NCBI GenBank assembly: GCA_963702095.1
Contig: OY969706.1
Location: forward strand, 1,408,001-1,472,000
Source: Candidatus Bathyarchaeota archaeon
GTDB lineage: Archaea; Thermoproteota; Bathyarchaeia; Bathyarchaeales; Bathycorpusculaceae
DNA: 64,000 nt
Direction: 5' to 3'
The position numbers and the translations under genes are program-made. How positions within the stretch are numbered: the stretch's first letter is position 1; every line of letters begins with the position of its first letter. Below the pieces are notes generated by a model. The model was not told where the DNA came from. It made no database searches and worked only from the letters and a program-made list of their open reading frames with translations. Shown here piece after piece: positions 59,910 through 64,000 of the stretch.

Positions 59910-60355
59910 ATGCTTTATGCTTTAGTTGCACTTGACCCCGTCGGAAACGTGAGTTTAATTCTCCAAATAGTTATCTTATTCCTGCTGGTTTTGGGTTTGC
60001 CCTTTTTTAGGGGTGGATCAGCCAGCAAGAAGAACCTGATTTGGCATGGATACTCAACCATTGCAGCCCTAGTTTTGCATACGATTTTGATTGCTATCGT
60101 TATGGTTCCATCCTTAACCGAGGGGCTGGATGAACTGGGCGAACTGTCCCTGTTTAATTCTGTCACGGTGTGGTCGCATGCAGTTTTGGGGACAGTCGCT
60201 GAAATCTTAGGTGTCATTCTGGTTGTGTTTTGGTTGAGCAAGGGACCCTCTAAGCTGGCATGTTGGAAATGGAAAAAGTTGATGATGCCTATTTTTATCA
60301 TTTGGATAATTTCAATTATAAAGGGACGCTAATTCACAGTTTAGGCATGCTCTAA
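59910..60355 (+). CDS. 4-TM membrane protein with His in two helices (DUF420-like); probable frameshift near 60320
   Basis: WHG..T.A..LH, WSHAVLG; C-terminal helix completes in another frame (GTLIHSLGML*). Confidence 0.55.
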
Positions 60356-60369
60356 CAAACATAGAATCT

Positions 60370-62394
60370 ATGCTATTCAGGGGCAAAATGATGAACCATC
60401 AGACGCATGACATGCAAAACATGGACATGAAGGGTATGAAACACGGACCCCCAATGCATAGAATGCACACCAAAACCTTACGAACACGGTTCTGGGTTTG
60501 CCTTGCCCTCACGGTTCCCGTGTTGGCACTCTCAGGAACCATCCAAACGTGGTTCCAGTACACCCTAACAGTACCCTATCAACAATACCTTCTTCTGGTT
60601 TTGGCAGGAATTATCTACATCTACGGCGGCTGGCCATTCCTAACAGGGCTAATCAGCGAGCTTAGGCAGAAGCAGCCGGGTATGATGACGCTCATAAGCA
60701 CCGCAATCTCTGTAGCCTTCTTCTTTTCTGCTACAACCGTGTTTGTTCCCGTTGGAAACGATTTTTTCTGGGAACTCGCCACCTTAATCGATGTCATGTT
60801 GCTGGGGCATTGGCTTGAAGCCCGCAGCCTTTTAGGCGCCTCCCAAGCGCTTGAGGAACTGGCGAAGGTTATGCCGACAACCGCACATGTTGTGATGGAG
60901 GGGCACGTTATGGATATGCCTGTTGCAAACCTCCAGGTCGACAACGTTGTACTGGTTCGACCTGGCGAAAAAATTCCCTCCGACGGCACGGTGGTCGACG
61001 GTGAATCCTACGTCAACGAATCGCTCCTAACAGGCGAATCCAAACCAGTACACAAAAAAGCCTCCGACAAAGTGATCGGTGGAGCAGTAAACGGCGAGGG
61101 ATCATTGCGGGTAAGGGTTGAACGGGTAGGCAAGGAAACGTATCTTATGCAGGTGGTTAAGCTAGTCAGAGATGCGCAACAGAGTATATCACATACACAG
61201 GACCTTGCTAATCGCGCCGCTGCATTGCTCTTCTACGTCGCCATCACTGTCGCGGTGGTAACGTTTGTTGTTTGGGCGGTGATTGGCAACGCTCAGTTTG
61301 CGTTAACTCGAAGCGTAACCGTTCTAGTAATAGCTTGTCCCCACGCCTTGGGCTTAGCTATTCCACTGGTTGTTGCCCTCTCAACTTCGATAACCGCAAA
61401 AGGGGGAATTTTGATCCGTAACCGCAAAGCCTTCGAAGACGCCAGAGCCGTGGATGCGGTAGTTTTTGATAAGACTGGGACGTTGACGCTGGGGCAATTC
61501 GGCGTCTCCGATGTAGCAGCGTACCTTGAGACGGGAGAGATGTTGGCGTATACTGCGGCTGTTGAGCAAAACTCAGAGCACGTCATCGCCAAAGCCATAA
61601 TCGAATACGCCAAAACAAAAGGTGTAGCGGTTCCTAAGAGCAGCGGTTTCCAAGCCTTACCCGGCAGGGGAGCCAAAGCAGTGGTCAATAATAGAACCGT
61701 TTATGTCGGCAGCCCAAACCTGCTAGCTGAATTAAACATAGAAGATGCCGACGAAAAAACAATGTTACTTCAGAAGGCAAGCAAAACCGTTGTTTTCACC
61801 GTAATAAATGGAAAACTTGCCGGTGCATTCGCCCTCTCAGATAGGGTTCGGGAGGAATCCAAACAGGCAGTTACCAATTTGAAAGCAAGCGGCGTAAAAG
61901 TGTACATGTTAACCGGCGACTCTGCGGAAGTGGCGGAGGCAGTTGCAGGGGAACTGGGTATTGACAGCTACTTTGCAGGTGTTTTGCCTGACGAGAAAGC
62001 CCAAAAAATCTCTGAGCTTAAGCTGCAGGGGTTGCGGGTTGCGATGGTTGGCGACGGCATAAACGACGCCCCAGCACTGGCAACCGCAGACGTCGGAATC
62101 GCCATAGGGGCAGGAACAGACGTCGCCATAGAAAGCGCCGATATTATCTTAGTAAAGAACAATCCTCAAGACGTCGCCAAAGCGCTGGGTTACTCGAAGC
62201 GGACGTATTCTAAGATGGTTCAGAACCTCTGGTGGGCGGCAGGCTACAACATCTTTGCTATTCCCTTGGCAGCAGGGCTCTTTGCAGGCTTAGGCATCAT
62301 CGTTGACCCAGCTGTAGGCGCGATTTTAATGTCACTGTCGACTGTTTTGGTGGCGCTTAACAGCCAGACTCTACGCCGTGGCGAAAAAGTGTAG
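60370..62394 (+). CDS. copB: Copper-translocating P1B-type ATPase (CopB-like, CPH motif)
   Basis: His/Met-rich N-terminus, TGES, ACPHALG, DKTGT, GDGINDAP, YN and MS.ST. Confidence 0.9.
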   Translation: MLFRGKMMNHQTHDMQNMDMKGMKHGPPMHRMHTKTLRTRFWVCLALTVPVLALSGTIQTWFQYTLTVPYQQYLLLVLAGIIYIYGGWPFLTGLISELRQKQPGMMTLISTAISVAFFFSATTVFVPVGNDFFWELATLIDVMLLGHWLEARSLLGASQALEELAKVMPTTAHVVMEGHVMDMPVANLQVDNVVLVRPGEKIPSDGTVVDGESYVNESLLTGESKPVHKKASDKVIGGAVNGEGSLRVRVERVGKETYLMQVVKLVRDAQQSISHTQDLANRAAALLFYVAITVAVVTFVVWAVIGNAQFALTRSVTVLVIACPHALGLAIPLVVALSTSITAKGGILIRNRKAFEDARAVDAVVFDKTGTLTLGQFGVSDVAAYLETGEMLAYTAAVEQNSEHVIAKAIIEYAKTKGVAVPKSSGFQALPGRGAKAVVNNRTVYVGSPNLLAELNIEDADEKTMLLQKASKTVVFTVINGKLAGAFALSDRVREESKQAVTNLKASGVKVYMLTGDSAEVAEAVAGELGIDSYFAGVLPDEKAQKISELKLQGLRVAMVGDGINDAPALATADVGIAIGAGTDVAIESADIILVKNNPQDVAKALGYSKRTYSKMVQNLWWAAGYNIFAIPLAAGLFAGLGIIVDPAVGAILMSLSTVLVALNSQTLRRGEKV

Positions 62395-62396
62395 TA

Positions 62397-63389
62397 TCAG
62401 ATTGGGGGTTTAGCGATTTTTTTGCCCGTTAATGTCTTCATCCACCGTTTAAACTCGTCTGAGACGGGGTGATCGAGGAAGAGTTGTTTGCGTTTAGCTT
62501 CGAGGAACAGGTTTTCTTTGCCAACATATTCTGCGGCTGTAACGATGCCGTGACCCGCCTCCTTAGTCTTTTTAAAAGCCGCCTCCATCTTTGACCGCCA
62601 AAACTCATCCCGAAGAACGTGATGCTCCAAAACCACAAGCGGCACCGCCTCAACGATGCGCTCCAAATTGCTGAGTCCCAGCTCAAGCTGCCGCTCCTCA
62701 ACACGGAACCCCGCAAGGTACAGCGGTGGACCACCCAACATAATCACGTCAGGTTTAGCAGCCAAAATCAGCTCTGTCGTGTGCTTCGACATGGGTCCCT
62801 GCACGTCGGGCGCATGCATAAACCGCTCGCCGCTGCATTCGACGATTGCCATTATAACCCAGCCCAGCATCCCACCCTCTGAGCCATGCGCTACCGCCTC
62901 AGAAAACCGAAGTGTTGTGTCGCCGAAGTGGAAGGACTTGCCGTCTGCTGCCTCGATGGATTTGGCATATTTGCCGCCTGTTTTCTGGAACATCCAGGCC
63001 CGTTGCCGCTGGCTGGCGTTGATGTTTTCTTTAGGGTTCTTGGCGAGTACAACTTTGTCGTGGTAGATTTGGCGTGCGGTTTCGCCTTGTTCTGTCCAGT
63101 TGACGACCCAGTCTTCGTAGCTCGGGGTGTGGTGGTCAAAATGGTAGTGGCTAATTGTTGTGACTGCGGCTTTGTCGGCGACTTCCGCGATTTCTCTGCG
63201 GAGGCGCTGGATGGTTTGGAATTCGATGGGGTGAGGCGGCAGGTTAAAACGCCACGGACAAAGCGAAACTCCAGCATCCAACAGCAACGCTACGTCGGGG
63301 GTTTCTACGAGGGTACACATGGAGCGAACGCCGAAACTCTCCGAAGCCAACGGAGTGACCTTGAGTTTATGCAGTGCTGTGTTAGGCAT
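62397..63389 (-). CDS. Metallo-beta-lactamase-fold hydrolase (UPF0282-like)
   Basis: PLASESFGVRSM, ISHYHFDH, AHG, DVQGP, EHH.LRD. Confidence 0.8.
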   Translation of the reverse strand: MPNTALHKLKVTPLASESFGVRSMCTLVETPDVALLLDAGVSLCPWRFNLPPHPIEFQTIQRLRREIAEVADKAAVTTISHYHFDHHTPSYEDWVVNWTEQGETARQIYHDKVVLAKNPKENINASQRQRAWMFQKTGGKYAKSIEAADGKSFHFGDTTLRFSEAVAHGSEGGMLGWVIMAIVECSGERFMHAPDVQGPMSKHTTELILAAKPDVIMLGGPPLYLAGFRVEERQLELGLSNLERIVEAVPLVVLEHHVLRDEFWRSKMEAAFKKTKEAGHGIVTAAEYVGKENLFLEAKRKQLFLDHPVSDEFKRWMKTLTGKKIAKPPI

Positions 63390-63498
63390 GATTGACCCTT
63401 GCTTACCTTGTAGTTGCAGAGGTAAAAACTTTCCCAGCGTTGGGCAAAAACAATTAATGCATAAGCGCACTTGCAATTCTATGTAGAGGCTGATTTTG

Positions 63499-64000
63499 AT
63501 GAGTCAACAACCAAGCGAAAAACCAAACCTTGAAGTTGCCACACTGGCGGCAGGTTGCTTCTGGTGCATCGAAGCCGCGTTTAGCATCATCAAAGGCGTA
63601 GAGCGCATCGAACCCGGTTACACTGGCGGCACCTTAGCTAACCCCAGCTACGAGGAGGTTTCATCGGGCAAAACCGGGCATGCGGAGGCAGCGCAGATTT
63701 TCTTTGACCCCAAAGTCATCGATTACCGCACTATCCTTGAGATTTTCTTCACCGTACATGACCCCACCTCGCTTAACCGCCAGGGCGCAGACGTGGGCAC
63801 CCAGTACCGAAGCGCCATTTTCTACCACAGCGAACAGCAAAAGGAGATAGCTCTGCAGCTGATTGGTGAACTCAACAAAGAGGGCATCTGGAACCAACCC
63901 ATAGTCACCGAAGTTGTGCCGCTTATTAAATTCTATAAAGCCGAAACCTACCACAAAGACTACTTCAAAAAACACCCCAAAGAACCCTACTGTCAAGCCG
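63499..64000 (+). CDS. msrA: Peptide-methionine (S)-S-oxide reductase; runs off the window
   Basis: Not in the track: LAAGCFWCIEA, GYTGG, GHAEA, HDPTSLNRQGADVGTQYRSAIF, AETYHKDY. Confidence 0.95.
   Translation, partial: MSQQPSEKPNLEVATLAAGCFWCIEAAFSIIKGVERIEPGYTGGTLANPSYEEVSSGKTGHAEAAQIFFDPKVIDYRTILEIFFTVHDPTSLNRQGADVGTQYRSAIFYHSEQQKEIALQLIGELNKEGIWNQPIVTEVVPLIKFYKAETYHKDYFKKHPKEPYCQA

Noticed and set aside
1-64000. CRISPR array, cas genes, rRNA, intact transposase or integrase
   Set aside because: No regularly spaced direct repeats or recognisable motifs seen by eye

Overview
Archaeal chromosomal window, most consistent with Bathyarchaeia. Supporting markers are paralogous PQQ-like beta-propeller surface proteins, a Cren7-like chromatin protein, ESCRT-III, pelota, TFS and a complex-I-like group 4 [NiFe] hydrogenase. 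Core content: methanofuran biosynthesis operon (mfnB-A-D-F-E), TreT, K+-independent H+-PPase, proBA, a NuoA/B/CD/H/I/J/K/L/M/N-like hydrogenase cluster, two ABC systems, MobA, a P1B copper ATPase, MsrA, tRNA-Phe and tRNA-Gly plus degenerate tRNA-Gly copies. Six genes between 9.5 and 27 kb carry small insertions that look like sequencing errors. The most striking unexplained structure is a pair of ~197-bp imperfect inverted repeats (45610-45806 and 47952-48147; 43/45-bp core with a hairpin) bracketing a four-gene cassette: small protein, wHTH, coiled-coil/wHTH and a ParA/MinD ATPase. This is a candidate segregation/positioning system with its own cis sites or ncRNAs. Also found: a dispersed ~140-bp intergenic repeat family, two candidate structured RNAs near tfs, a pentameric ligand-gated ion channel homolog, an integrase relic at tRNA-Phe, and several unannotated microproteins. 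All alignments were done by eye; no searches were run.
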